Shown here one piece after another: positions 1-9,896 of a stretch of 64,000 nucleotides of DNA; the first letter of the stretch is position 1; each line of letters opens with the position of its first letter. Source of the DNA: Selenomonas ruminantium. GTDB taxonomy: Bacteria > Bacillota > Negativicutes > Selenomonadales > Selenomonadaceae. The stretch spans positions 8,314-72,313 of the forward strand of contig SVBZ01000040.1 in the NCBI GenBank assembly GCA_015058575.1, in the 5' to 3' direction. Made by a program: the position numbers and the translations under genes. A model generated the notes under the pieces. It was not told where the DNA came from. It saw only the letters and a list, made by a program, of their open reading frames with translations, and made no database searches.

Positions 1-284
1 CTGGCAGTCATGGGCATCAGCACAGCCATACGCAGACAAAGGCTGTCCTCAACCGTATGTCACGGCTTATCGGCCATCTCGAAGCCATCAAGCGCATGGT
101 GGAGGAGGGGCGTGATTGCAGCGAGGTGCTCGTGCAGCTTTCAGCGGTACGCAGCGCGATAAATGGAGTCAGCAAGATTATCCTCAAGGACCATCTGGAG
201 CATTGCGTTGTCGATGCGGTCAAGGAGAATGACAAAGAGGCGATTGCGCAGCTCAATAAGGCAATCGATCAATTCATGAAATAG
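1..284 (+). CDS. CsoR/RcnR-family metal-sensing transcriptional repressor, 5'-truncated by the window edge
   Basis: Frame is open from the window start (GSHGHQHSHTQTKAVLNRMSRLIGHLEAI...DCSEVLVQLSAVRSA...DHLEHCV): His-rich N-terminus plus the Cys/His/Cys pattern of CsoR/RcnR proteins. Confidence 0.85.
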   Translation, partial: GSHGHQHSHTQTKAVLNRMSRLIGHLEAIKRMVEEGRDCSEVLVQLSAVRSAINGVSKIILKDHLEHCVVDAVKENDKEAIAQLNKAIDQFMK

Positions 285-309
285 TGCAAAGGGCTGGGAG
301 GCGAATCTC

Positions 310-678
310 ATGGAACAGATGCAGATAAAGGCAACACTGGAACAGGCAGGGGTAGATTACGATAAAGGCTTAGAGCGTTTTATGGGCAATGTGGCACTTT
401 ATCATAAATTCCTGCTTAAATTCCTTGTCGATGGCTCATATGCGGATTTTGTACAGGAACTGGCAGCAGGGGATCTCGCGCTGGCTGAGAGGAGCGTCCA
501 TACGCTCAAGGGAACGTCGGGCAACTTGAGCCTTATGCGGTTATTTGAAGCGGCTGACGCAGCCGTCCAGGCGATACGGACTGGGCAGAGCAGCGAAGAG
601 ATCGGACGGCTGGCGAAAGAGGTTGGCATGTGTTATGAGGAAACCTGTCAGGCCATCCGCCAAAGCATCAGTGAATGA
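310..678 (+). CDS. Stand-alone Hpt (histidine phosphotransfer) domain protein
   Basis: VHTLKGTSGNL motif (H-x-LKG-x-S); 122-aa helical protein. Confidence 0.85.
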   Translation: MEQMQIKATLEQAGVDYDKGLERFMGNVALYHKFLLKFLVDGSYADFVQELAAGDLALAERSVHTLKGTSGNLSLMRLFEAADAAVQAIRTGQSSEEIGRLAKEVGMCYEETCQAIRQSISE

Positions 679-851
679 TCATGCAGAAAAGTCTTCTTCA
701 ATTAATGGAGGAGACTTTTTGTTTTGGCACGATTTCTGTGACACATGTTACGGTAAATCTTGGGGAAATCCGTTATCCTAATGCTTGTTGATTTTACAGG
801 AAAACAATTGTATTTATGCTGTAAATAATGTTAGAATTATAGTGAGACAGT

Positions 852-1412
852 ATGATACGTTATCCGCAGGAGGTTATTGATATGGCGCAGAATAGAATCG
901 TAATCAGTCAGGTCATGATGCCGAGCCAGACAAATCCCAATGGCAATGTTCATGGCGGCGAAATCATGAAGATGATGGACTCGACAGCCTATGCTGCTGC
1001 GCGCCGGTATGCCCGCTCCAATGTGGTCACGGCCCGTGTCGATGAGCTGGAGTTCCATCTGCCCATTCTGATTGGCGATCTTGTGACTTGCACGGCTGAG
1101 ATTGTGTTTGTGGGGCATAGTTCCATGGAAGTAGCGGTAAATGTCGATGTCGAGGATCTCGACCAGGAGGGCAAGCCGCAGCGTGCACTTACGGCTTATT
1201 TCACGATGGTGGCTTTAGACCGCAATTCGCGTCCTAAACCGGTACCACCGCTCATTCTCGATACGGAGGAGGCCAAGCGGGCTTTTGAAGAGGGCCGCGA
1301 GCGCTATGAGGCGCATAAAGAGCGGAAAAGAATCCAGCGTGAGAAGGAAAAAGCCCGTTTGGCGGCGAAGAAGTCACCGAGAGAGCCGGAAGAAAATCCG
1401 CGCAAAAAATAA
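852..1412 (+). CDS. Acyl-CoA thioesterase (hotdog fold)
   Basis: NPNGNVHGGEIMKMMD, VVTARVDELEFHLPI, YFTMVALD motifs. Confidence 0.9.
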   Translation: MIRYPQEVIDMAQNRIVISQVMMPSQTNPNGNVHGGEIMKMMDSTAYAAARRYARSNVVTARVDELEFHLPILIGDLVTCTAEIVFVGHSSMEVAVNVDVEDLDQEGKPQRALTAYFTMVALDRNSRPKPVPPLILDTEEAKRAFEEGRERYEAHKERKRIQREKEKARLAAKKSPREPEENPRKK

Positions 1413-1489
1413 AAATAGTTTACAGTTTTACAGATAAAAACTTGCAAAATGTTTTTTCATGTGATAATGTAGTATGCAACACAGGGAAA

Positions 1490-1742
1490 TGCATAGCAGA
1501 GGAATAGTACGTATCGGAAAACTTCCAGCGAGTTGTCGGTTGGTGCAAGACAATAGTGGCAGGATGCGGAACTCACCTTGAAGCAGCCCGCTGAACGCCT
1601 GAAGGCAAGTAAACCGGGACGGAGCCTGACCGTTAGCGCAGGAGGACTTGATGGAGTCTGTATGAGGTGCCGGCAGGCACGAATTGGAGTGGTAACACGT
1701 AAGCTAGCCTTTCGTCTCTTAGAGATGAAAGGCTTTTATTTT
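1490..1742 (+). promoter_or_regulatory. T-box riboswitch, Leu specifier
   Basis: AGAGGAATAGTA start, GGTGCAA loop, GAA-CTC-ACC (CTC = Leu specifier), T-box GAGTGGTAACACG, terminator AGCCTTTCGTCTC-TTA-GAGATGAAAGGCTTTT; lies upstream of leuA. Confidence 0.9.
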
Positions 1743-1758
1743 TAGGAGGGATTCGCAG

Positions 1759-3429
1759 ATGATGAATTATCAGAAGTACAGCAAGGGTTATTTCATGCCG
1801 CCAGAGATCGACCTCGAATGGGCGAAGAAAGACGCGCCAGACCATGCGCCTATCTGGTGCAGTGTGGATATGCGTGATGGCAATCAGGCACTCATCACGC
1901 CGATGAACCTCGAAGAAAAGCTGGAATTCTATAAGATGCTCATCAAGGTCGGATTCAAAGAGATCGAGGTCGGTTTTCCGGCGGCTTCAGAAACCGAGTA
2001 CGAATTTTTGCGCCGGCTGGTCGAGGATGACCTGATTCCTGAGGATGTGACGATCCAGGTGCTTACCCAGGCGCGTGAGCATATCATCCGCAAGACATTT
2101 GAGGCCCTCAAGGGGGTCAAGAATGCTATCGTCCATGTCTATAATTCGACATCGGTTGCCCAGCGTCAGCAGGTTTTCCGCAAGTCGAAGGAGGAAATCA
2201 AGCAGATGGCCGTCGATGGGGCTAAGCTTTTGAAGCAGCTGACCGAAGAGGCTGGGGCGGATTACCGTTTTGAGTATTCGCCGGAGTCCTTCACAGGGAC
2301 GGAACCCGAGTATGCACTCGAAGTCTGCAATGCCGTGCTCGATGTCTGGCAGCCGACGGCTGACCGCAAGGCTATCATCAATTTGCCGGTGACGGTTGAA
2401 ATGAGCATGCCGCATGTTTATGCGATGCAGGTTGCCTACATGAATAAGCATCTCAAATACCGTGAAAATGTCGTGTTGTCGCTGCATCCGCACAATGACC
2501 GCGGCTGCGGTGTGGCCGATACCGAAATGGGCCTGCTGGCTGGTGCTGACCGCGTCGAAGGCACGTTGTTCGGCAATGGCGAACGCACGGGCAATGTCGA
2601 TATCGTGACGGTGGGCATGAATATGTTCGCACTCGGTGTCGATCCGCAGCTCGATTTTTCCCATATGTCCGAACTCGTGGAAACCTATGAAAGCCTCACG
2701 CGCATGCAGGTAGGCTATCGCCAGCCGTATGCGGGCAAGCTTGTTTTTGCGGCATTTTCTGGTTCGCATCAGGATGCGATTGCCAAGGGCATGAAGTGGA
2801 AGGAAGAAAAGAATCCCGACAAGTGGACGCTGCCGTATCTCTATATCGATCCGAAGGATGTCGGCCGTGAGTACGATGGCGATGTCATCCGTATCAACAG
2901 CCAGTCCGGCAAGGGCGGCGTCGGCTTTATCATGGAGCAGAAGTACGGCATCGAGATGCCGAAGAAGATGCGTGAGGACTTTGGCTACTGCGTCAAGAGC
3001 GTATCGGATCATAACCATAAGGAACTCATGCCTGATGAAATTTTTCAGATTTTCCAGAACGAGTATGTCAATGTCACGACGCCGTATGAGCTCGATGACT
3101 TCCTGCTCAAGAAGGAGCCGGACGGCACGCGCTCGGGCACGGTAGATATCAAAGTAGATGGCAGGAAGGTCACATTCCTGGCCAGGGGCAACGGCCGTCT
3201 CGATGCGGTATCGAATGCCCTGCAGCAGAATCTCAATATTGCCTACAAGGACTTGACGTATAGCGAGCATGCCTTGGAGGTCGGCCAGAATTCCCGGGCT
3301 ATGGCTTATATCGGCATTACATCGGATAAAGGACATATTACCTGGGGCGCTGGCATGGATACCGATATTATCACGGCTTCGTTCCATGCGCTGTTCAGTG
3401 CGATCAACCGCATGCAAGCGGGGAAATAA
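1759..3429 (+). CDS. leuA: 2-isopropylmalate synthase
   Basis: WCSVDMRDGNQAL, SLHPHNDRG, GTLFGNGERTGNVD, FSGSHQDAI; preceded by a Leu T-box. Confidence 0.96.
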   Translation: MMNYQKYSKGYFMPPEIDLEWAKKDAPDHAPIWCSVDMRDGNQALITPMNLEEKLEFYKMLIKVGFKEIEVGFPAASETEYEFLRRLVEDDLIPEDVTIQVLTQAREHIIRKTFEALKGVKNAIVHVYNSTSVAQRQQVFRKSKEEIKQMAVDGAKLLKQLTEEAGADYRFEYSPESFTGTEPEYALEVCNAVLDVWQPTADRKAIINLPVTVEMSMPHVYAMQVAYMNKHLKYRENVVLSLHPHNDRGCGVADTEMGLLAGADRVEGTLFGNGERTGNVDIVTVGMNMFALGVDPQLDFSHMSELVETYESLTRMQVGYRQPYAGKLVFAAFSGSHQDAIAKGMKWKEEKNPDKWTLPYLYIDPKDVGREYDGDVIRINSQSGKGGVGFIMEQKYGIEMPKKMREDFGYCVKSVSDHNHKELMPDEIFQIFQNEYVNVTTPYELDDFLLKKEPDGTRSGTVDIKVDGRKVTFLARGNGRLDAVSNALQQNLNIAYKDLTYSEHALEVGQNSRAMAYIGITSDKGHITWGAGMDTDIITASFHALFSAINRMQAGK

Positions 3430-3502
3430 AAAATTAAAAGTATTCTTCAGCAAAAGATGATATAATGGAATCGCATTTTTTGAAAACATGAAAGGTGATT
3501 CC

Positions 3503-4465
3503 ATGAAGAAGACTATCCTATCCTGTCTCCTGACGGCAGTCATCACTTTGGTGGCTGCTACGACAGTTTTCGTCATGGGGGCAGGATATTTTATTGGCAA
3601 TTATGCGGTACACTTCGGGCTGGAGCGCGGTACGGAGGAGAATCCGCAGGAACCGCCGCGCGCTTATGCGCTTTTGATGCCGCCTGAGGCAAGGCAGTTC
3701 AATAAACCGGAATATGAGAATGAAGTATGGGACTTGCAGGCAGCGGACGGCCTGCAGCTTGAGGCTACGCATTTTTCCCCCAGGCAGGACAGCGAGCGCT
3801 GGGTGATTATCGCGCATGGCTATGGCTGCACCCAGCAGAATTCGTGGTATATCGCCGAAAATTATCTGCTGATGGGATACCATGTATTGACGCCGGATTT
3901 GCGGGCTTCGGGCAACAGTGAAGGCAAGTACCTGACGATGGGCTATAAAGAGAGCGGAGATATTGCGGCCTGGGCAAGGCTGATTGCCAGGCGCCATCCG
4001 CAGGCCAGGATTATTCTGCATGGCGTATCGATGGGGGCTGCGACGGTGATGCTCGCTGCAGCACGTGATGATTTGCCAACGCAGACTGTGGCCTGCATCG
4101 AGGACTGCGGGTATACGAGTGCGTTTGACCTGCTTGTCCATCAGCTGACCGTTTCGTTTAATTTGCCGGCGTTCCCCGCGATGAATCTTTTGGATTGGCG
4201 CTGCCAGAAGGTCGCAGGCTTCAGCTTGCATGATGCTGAACCGGTAATGGCCGTGCGGCGGTCGAAGCTGCCCATCCTGTTTATCCATGGCAAGAAAGAT
4301 ACGCTGGTGCCCGTGGATATGGCGGAAAAACTTTTCAAAGAGGCGAGAGTGCCGGAAAAGAAATTATTGCTGGTTGATGGTGCTATCCATGCAGCGTCTT
4401 CACAGAAGGATCAGAAACGATATTTCCAGACGGTCAGTGATTTTGTCCGGCCGTATATGTATTGA
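3503..4465 (+). CDS. Membrane-anchored alpha/beta hydrolase
   Basis: N-terminal hydrophobic helix, IAHGY, GVSMG nucleophile elbow, FIHGKKD, GAIH; SD AAGGTGA before ATG 3503. Confidence 0.85.
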   Translation: MKKTILSCLLTAVITLVAATTVFVMGAGYFIGNYAVHFGLERGTEENPQEPPRAYALLMPPEARQFNKPEYENEVWDLQAADGLQLEATHFSPRQDSERWVIIAHGYGCTQQNSWYIAENYLLMGYHVLTPDLRASGNSEGKYLTMGYKESGDIAAWARLIARRHPQARIILHGVSMGAATVMLAAARDDLPTQTVACIEDCGYTSAFDLLVHQLTVSFNLPAFPAMNLLDWRCQKVAGFSLHDAEPVMAVRRSKLPILFIHGKKDTLVPVDMAEKLFKEARVPEKKLLLVDGAIHAASSQKDQKRYFQTVSDFVRPYMY

Positions 4466-4477
4466 GGGAGGAACAAT

Positions 4478-4921
4478 ATGAAGGCTGTGGTAACCAGGGT
4501 GAAGTCGGCAGCGGTGCGGATCGATGGCAAGGTCAACGGCGCGATCGGGCAGGGTTTTCTCGTGCTGCTGGGGATTGGCCCGGATGATGATGCGGAAACG
4601 TGTGCGCATCTGGCGGAGAAGATTGCCAATGTGCGCGTGTTTTCCGATGAGGCTGGCAAGATGAATCTGAGCATCGGGCAGGTGGGCGGCTCCTTTTTGG
4701 TCATCTCGCAGTTCACGCTTTACGCTGACCTCAAGAAACGGCGGCCAGGGTTCAGCCATGCGGCTAAACCGGATTTAGCCAAACCGCTCTATGAGCAGTT
4801 CATGCAGGAGCTGCGTGCTAAGGGCTTTACTGTAGCGCAGGGAGAGTTTGGGGCAGATATGCAGGTCGAGTCCATAAACGATGGACCCGTGACGCTGCTG
4901 TTTGATACGGAGGAAGTATGA
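4478..4921 (+). CDS. dtd: D-aminoacyl-tRNA deacylase
   Basis: SQFTLY, NDGPVT motifs. Confidence 0.95.
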   Translation: MKAVVTRVKSAAVRIDGKVNGAIGQGFLVLLGIGPDDDAETCAHLAEKIANVRVFSDEAGKMNLSIGQVGGSFLVISQFTLYADLKKRRPGFSHAAKPDLAKPLYEQFMQELRAKGFTVAQGEFGADMQVESINDGPVTLLFDTEEV

Positions 4922-6156
4922 GTATGCAAAAAGAGTTATTACAGAAATATGCCCAGCTTGTCGTGAAGGTCGGCGTCAATCTGCAAAAGGATCAGATTCT
5001 CGTCATCAATTCGCCCATCGAGTGTGCGGATTTTGCCCGCATCATGGCCGAGGAGGCATTTGCAGCGGGGGCACATGATGTCGTTGTAAGCTGGGGCGAT
5101 GAGCTGCTGGCGCATATCCGCTATGCGGGCGGCAAAAAGGAGCTTTTCACGGAGTTCCCGGAGTGGCGGCGCAAGTTCTATACGGATTATGCCGAGCAGG
5201 GGGCGGCGTTCGTATCCATTGCGGCCCGCGATCCGGAAATCTTTAAGGATATCGATCCGGAAAAGCTCAAGCTCTCGCAGCAGGCCGCAGGGGCAGCGCT
5301 CTTGGAGTACCGGGCAAGGCTCATGAACAACCGCAATACCTGGTGCGTGGTCTCGGTGCCGACCAGGAGCTGGGCCCAGAAGGTATTTCCGGAGGTTTCC
5401 GCCGACGAGGCTGTGGCAAAGCTCTGGCAGGCTATCTTCCAGACGGTACGCATCGAAGCGGGCACGGATACGGTGGCTGTTTGGCAGGAGCATATCGCTT
5501 TCCTGCAAAAGGCGGCCAAGTTCATGAACGATAATGCTTTTGTATCGCTGCACTATACGAATGACAGCGGTACTGACCTTACCGTCGAGCTGCCCGAGGG
5601 ACATATCTGGGCTGGCGGCGCGGAGGATTCGGAGCTCGGCGTGCAGTTTGCGGCCAATATGCCGACGGAAGAAGTCTATACGCTGCCTAAACGCGAGGGC
5701 GTCAATGGCACTGTCAAAGCATCCAAGCCTCTGAATTTCAATGGCAATCTGATTGAAGGTTTCACGCTGACGTTCAAGGAGGGGAAAGTCGTGGACTACT
5801 CGGCCGAGAAGGGCGGGGAAATCTTAAAGGGGCTGCTCGAAACGGATGAAGGTGCGCGCTACTTGGGCGAGGTCGCTTTGGTACCGTACGATTCGCCGAT
5901 TTCTAAGAGCGGCATTTTGTTTTACAATACGCTGTTCGATGAGAATGCGTCGTGCCATTTGGCGCTGGGCAAAGCCTATCCGACCTGCATCGAGGGCGGC
6001 GAAGCGATGGACAGCGTGACGCTTTTGCAGCATGGTGTCAATGATTCGCTGCTGCACGAGGATTTCATGATTGGTACACGTGATTTGGATATCGTCGGCA
6101 CGACAAAGGACGGCAGGCAGGTACAGGTATTTAAAGATGGCAATTTTGCCTTTTGA
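4918..6156 (+). CDS. Aminopeptidase (M29/AmpS-like)
   Basis: ANMPTEEVYT, LGEVALV, NTLFDENASCHLALG, SLLHEDFMIG. Confidence 0.92.
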   Translation: MSMQKELLQKYAQLVVKVGVNLQKDQILVINSPIECADFARIMAEEAFAAGAHDVVVSWGDELLAHIRYAGGKKELFTEFPEWRRKFYTDYAEQGAAFVSIAARDPEIFKDIDPEKLKLSQQAAGAALLEYRARLMNNRNTWCVVSVPTRSWAQKVFPEVSADEAVAKLWQAIFQTVRIEAGTDTVAVWQEHIAFLQKAAKFMNDNAFVSLHYTNDSGTDLTVELPEGHIWAGGAEDSELGVQFAANMPTEEVYTLPKREGVNGTVKASKPLNFNGNLIEGFTLTFKEGKVVDYSAEKGGEILKGLLETDEGARYLGEVALVPYDSPISKSGILFYNTLFDENASCHLALGKAYPTCIEGGEAMDSVTLLQHGVNDSLLHEDFMIGTRDLDIVGTTKDGRQVQVFKDGNFAF

Positions 6157-6181
6157 GTGGCAGGAAGGGAAAGAGGTTGTT

Positions 6182-6841
6182 ATGAAACAGGAGTTATTGC
6201 GCCAAGGGATGCGCATGGTACTGGTATTGATGGCGGCCGTGGTCATGCTGATTTCGCCGGAGGCCGAGGCAGCAAAGCCGGTGGTAGCAGATTTTTCTTG
6301 CCGGCAGGTAGCGCTGGGCGCTGATGCGGCCGCCGTGGAGGCAGTGTTTGGCAAGCCGGTTTACGATCGCACCGTACGCATCCAGGATGTCCTGGTCAAA
6401 GAATGTGATTATGCAGGCGACTATACCATCGGCTACGCCGTCGCGACAGGTGAGGTCATCGACATCATCGTCAAGAATAAGCAGTATGAGGCAAGAGGCG
6501 GTGTCCGCTATGGTGCGACGCCGGCCTTGATCCAGAAGGTCTATGGCAAGCAGAAGGCTCAGAACATCATGGGGAATAAGTTTTATGTCTATGACAATCC
6601 CAAGAATAAGTTCCAGCATTTGATGCTGCAAGTCAATATGGATAATGATTCGCTGGTGGTCATGCGCATCACCGGATTGCCGATGAATGATGAGGAAATC
6701 GAGGCGCTGATGCAGGCACGGCCGGAACTCTTCGAAGAGCCGGAAGATAAGAGCATATCGCTGAATATGGCTGGGAAGGAAATCGATATGTCCAATCTGC
6801 CAGCAGCGAAGCCGGTTAAGCTGGGAGGTTTGACGGAATGA
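6182..6841 (+). CDS. Hypothetical exported protein
   Basis: Signal peptide ending AEA-A; SD before ATG 6182; two similar segments (ALGADAAAVEAVFGK / RYGATPALIQKVYGK). Confidence 0.7.
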   Translation: MKQELLRQGMRMVLVLMAAVVMLISPEAEAAKPVVADFSCRQVALGADAAAVEAVFGKPVYDRTVRIQDVLVKECDYAGDYTIGYAVATGEVIDIIVKNKQYEARGGVRYGATPALIQKVYGKQKAQNIMGNKFYVYDNPKNKFQHLMLQVNMDNDSLVVMRITGLPMNDEEIEALMQARPELFEEPEDKSISLNMAGKEIDMSNLPAAKPVKLGGLTE

Positions 6842-7737
6842 TTCAGCTGCGGATGCTGGAGCACCGCCTGCTGCGTTATGCAGGCATCACGCTGGGCTGC
6901 TTGATTGCCAGCTGCTCCATCAATCTGTTCCTGGTACCGTCGCATTTGCTGACAGGCGGTGCGACGGGCATTGCAATCATTGTTTACTATTTAGCGCAGC
7001 TGCCTATCGGCTTGCAGACCTTTGCCTATAATCTGCCGCTTCTGGCGGCGGCCTGGAAGACATTGGGGCGTGGCTATACGGTTGATGTGGTCATTGGCAC
7101 GGCGATTTTTTCGTTCTGCCTGGATTGCACGCGCTTTCTCAATGCCTATGCACCGGTCAATGACATCATGCTGGCGGCAATCTTCGGCGGCGTCTTCAAT
7201 GGCATTGGCTACGGGCTGGTATTCCGCATGAACGGCAGTACCGGTGGCTTTGATATCATTGGCGCAATCGTCAAGAAGTATTATTCGCTCAATATGGGCG
7301 GTGTCATCTTCGGCTTCAACTGCGTCATCATGCTCGTGGCAGGCTTCCTGTTTGGCGTGGCGCCCGCGATGTTCACGCTGATTTGCATGTATATGAATGC
7401 GATGGTTACCGACAAAGTCATTGCAGGCTTCAACAGCCGCAAGGCAGTGCTGATCGTCTCCAACCGTTCGGAGCATATCGCGGAGGCTATCATGGAAGTT
7501 GGCCGCGGCGTCACGTTCCTGCATGGACAGGGCGCGTTCACGCGGCGGGAGCGCAATGTTGTCTTCGTCGTCGTGACGCTTACGCAGGTCGCGAAAATCA
7601 AGATGATCGTCAACGCTATCGACAGCGATGCCTTTATGATCATCATGTCGGCCAATGAGGTCATGGGGCGCGGTTTCAGTTCGCCAGGTGTACGCATAGG
7701 CAATGTCATCAAGCGCTATGAAGGGAAGGATACTTAA
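6838..7737 (+). CDS. YitT-family membrane protein
   Basis: GGATGIAI, GSTGGFDII, GRGVTFLHGQGAFT, IDSDAFMII motifs. Confidence 0.88.
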   Translation: MIQLRMLEHRLLRYAGITLGCLIASCSINLFLVPSHLLTGGATGIAIIVYYLAQLPIGLQTFAYNLPLLAAAWKTLGRGYTVDVVIGTAIFSFCLDCTRFLNAYAPVNDIMLAAIFGGVFNGIGYGLVFRMNGSTGGFDIIGAIVKKYYSLNMGGVIFGFNCVIMLVAGFLFGVAPAMFTLICMYMNAMVTDKVIAGFNSRKAVLIVSNRSEHIAEAIMEVGRGVTFLHGQGAFTRRERNVVFVVVTLTQVAKIKMIVNAIDSDAFMIIMSANEVMGRGFSSPGVRIGNVIKRYEGKDT

Positions 7738-8459
7738 TGGAGATTACGGTTACGTATCTTTTGAACAGTGGTTTTCTCGTACGCGCCGGCCGCACACTGC
7801 TCGTCTTTGATGATTTTGAGGATCAGCAGGATATTGTCGGGCAGGCGATACGCGCAGGCGGGCATGATGCGGTGTATATCTTTGCCTCGCATGCGCATTT
7901 CGATCATTTCGATCAACATATCCTAAACTATCAGCAGGAGGCGGCGCGCTATGTATTCGGCTATGACATAAGGCGGACGAAGCGCGGCCGGATGTTCCCG
8001 CAGGATAAGGTCACCTATATGCGCCCGTATGAGGAATGGGAAGATGCCTGCATTAAGGTAGAATCCTATGACTCCACCGATACTGGGGTGGCGTTCCGGG
8101 TTACAGACAAGGCGGCTGGCAAGAGCATTTTCCATGCCGGTGACTTCAACTGGTGGGATTGGACCGGCGAGACGGCAGAGAATCGCAGGCTCGCAGAAAA
8201 TGCCTTCCGCAAGCAGCTAAAGAAGCTAGAAGGCATGAAGGCTTCCCTGGCGTTCTTCCCTGTCGATGGCCGTTTGGGGCCGATGCAGGACAAAGGCGCA
8301 CGCGAATTTGTCCGCGTGACGGATATCGGTGCGCTCATCACGATGCATGATCTCACGGAATCCGGCTGGCAGCCAGCTGCGGATTTTTTCCCTGCAGCAC
8401 GCAAATTCCCTGTCTGGTCGCCATTGCGTCCAGGGGAGCAGCGGATTTTCACGGTTTGA
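7737..8459 (+). CDS. Metallo-beta-lactamase-fold hydrolase
   Basis: SHAHFDH, FHAGD motifs. Confidence 0.85.
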   Translation: MEITVTYLLNSGFLVRAGRTLLVFDDFEDQQDIVGQAIRAGGHDAVYIFASHAHFDHFDQHILNYQQEAARYVFGYDIRRTKRGRMFPQDKVTYMRPYEEWEDACIKVESYDSTDTGVAFRVTDKAAGKSIFHAGDFNWWDWTGETAENRRLAENAFRKQLKKLEGMKASLAFFPVDGRLGPMQDKGAREFVRVTDIGALITMHDLTESGWQPAADFFPAARKFPVWSPLRPGEQRIFTV

Positions 8460-8498
8460 AGGATTGGTAGTTGAAATGACAGGAGGTTATACGGTAAA

Positions 8499-9071
8499 AT
8501 GAAGAAGATATTGATTATAGTGCTCGCAGGGGTCATGCTGCTGACTGGCGGCTGCCTGGCTGCGGGCAGTGCAGATAATGGAGGAACGAAAAAAGTGGCG
8601 AATCGCATTGCAGTAATCCAGACGAATAAAGGAACGATTGAGATCGAGCTTTTCGAGGACAAGACGCCGATTACGACGAAGAATTTCATCGATCTTGCGC
8701 AGAAGGGCTTCTATGATGGCATCATTTTCCATCGCGTCATCGATGGGTTTATGATCCAGGGCGGCGATCCGACTGGCCTTGGTACGGGCGGCCCGGGCTA
8801 CACGATCGAGGATGAGTTCCGCGATGATTTGACGTTTGATGGCGAGGGCATCCTGGCGATGGCCAATACGGGTATGCCGCATACGGGCGGCAGCCAGTTC
8901 TTCATCACGCTGGCCAAGACGCCGTGGCTCAACAATCATCATACGATTTTCGGCAAGGTCGTAAAGGGCATGGATGTTGTCCGCGACATCGGCCATACGC
9001 AGACTGGTTTCCAGGATCGCCCGGTTTATGACGTCGTGATGGAAAAAGTCACCATCAAAGAAGCAGAATAA
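8499..9071 (+). CDS. Cyclophilin-type peptidyl-prolyl isomerase with a lipoprotein-like signal
   Basis: FYDGIIFHRVIDGFMIQGGDP, GGSQFFITL, HTIFGKV; LTGGC lipobox-like sequence. Confidence 0.93.
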   Translation: MKKILIIVLAGVMLLTGGCLAAGSADNGGTKKVANRIAVIQTNKGTIEIELFEDKTPITTKNFIDLAQKGFYDGIIFHRVIDGFMIQGGDPTGLGTGGPGYTIEDEFRDDLTFDGEGILAMANTGMPHTGGSQFFITLAKTPWLNNHHTIFGKVVKGMDVVRDIGHTQTGFQDRPVYDVVMEKVTIKEAE

Positions 9072-9355
9072 TGGCTGCTGCCTATACCTATATCCTTGTA
9101 TGTGGGGATGGCAGCCTCTATACCGGTTGGACGAACGACCTGGAAAAACGGGTAAAGACGCACAATGCCGGGCAGGGCGCGAAGTATACGCGCTCGCGCC
9201 TGCCTGTGCGTCTTGTCTATTTCGAGGCCTTTGCGGACAAACGCGAGGCGCAGCGCCGTGAATGGCAGATCAAACAGCTCACACGTGCGCAGAAGCTGGC
9301 GCTCATTGACAAGGGTTCAAAAAATAATTATAATGAGTTAGTTACCATAGAATAA
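9071..9355 (+). CDS. Small GIY-YIG nuclease family protein
   Basis: YTYIL..DGSLYTGWTNDLEKRVKTHNAGQGAKYTR. Confidence 0.9.
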   Translation: MAAAYTYILVCGDGSLYTGWTNDLEKRVKTHNAGQGAKYTRSRLPVRLVYFEAFADKREAQRREWQIKQLTRAQKLALIDKGSKNNYNELVTIE

Positions 9356-9385
9356 TCATATGAATTTGCAAAGGGGCGTTTCTAC

Positions 9386-9862
9386 ATGGCAGATAAAAAG
9401 GTCATGCTGACCGAAGACGGCTATAATAAACTGGTGGAAAAAGTAAACTATCTCAAGAGCGTACGCCGCATTGAGATTGCTGAGCGCCTGAAGGCAGCAA
9501 TTGCCCTCGGTGACCTTTCGGAGAACTCCGAGTACGATGATGCGAAAAACGAGCAGGCCTTCCTCGAGGGTGAGATCCAGGAACTCGAGGCTAAGATCCG
9601 CAACTCGGACATCATCAAAGCTGGCAGCGGCGATGTCGTCCAGATGGGCTCGAAGGTTGTCGTCCTCGATGTGGAATTCGCCGAGGATGGTCCGCAGACG
9701 TTCATGATTGTCGGTTCGACGGAGGCTGATCCGGACGAGGGCAAGATTTCCAATGAGAGCCCGCTCGGTCAGGCGCTCCTGGGTCAGAAGGTCGGCACGA
9801 CGGTTGACGTGCATGCGCCGGCTGGCATCATCCAGTACAAGATTGAAGAAATCAAAGGCTAA
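9386..9862 (+). CDS. greA: Transcription elongation factor GreA
   Basis: GDLSENSEYDDAKNEQA, ISNESPLGQALLG. Confidence 0.97.
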   Translation: MADKKVMLTEDGYNKLVEKVNYLKSVRRIEIAERLKAAIALGDLSENSEYDDAKNEQAFLEGEIQELEAKIRNSDIIKAGSGDVVQMGSKVVVLDVEFAEDGPQTFMIVGSTEADPDEGKISNESPLGQALLGQKVGTTVDVHAPAGIIQYKIEEIKG

Positions 9863-9896
9863 GAATCGCAGGAAATAGATAGGAGAATTCGCTTTT

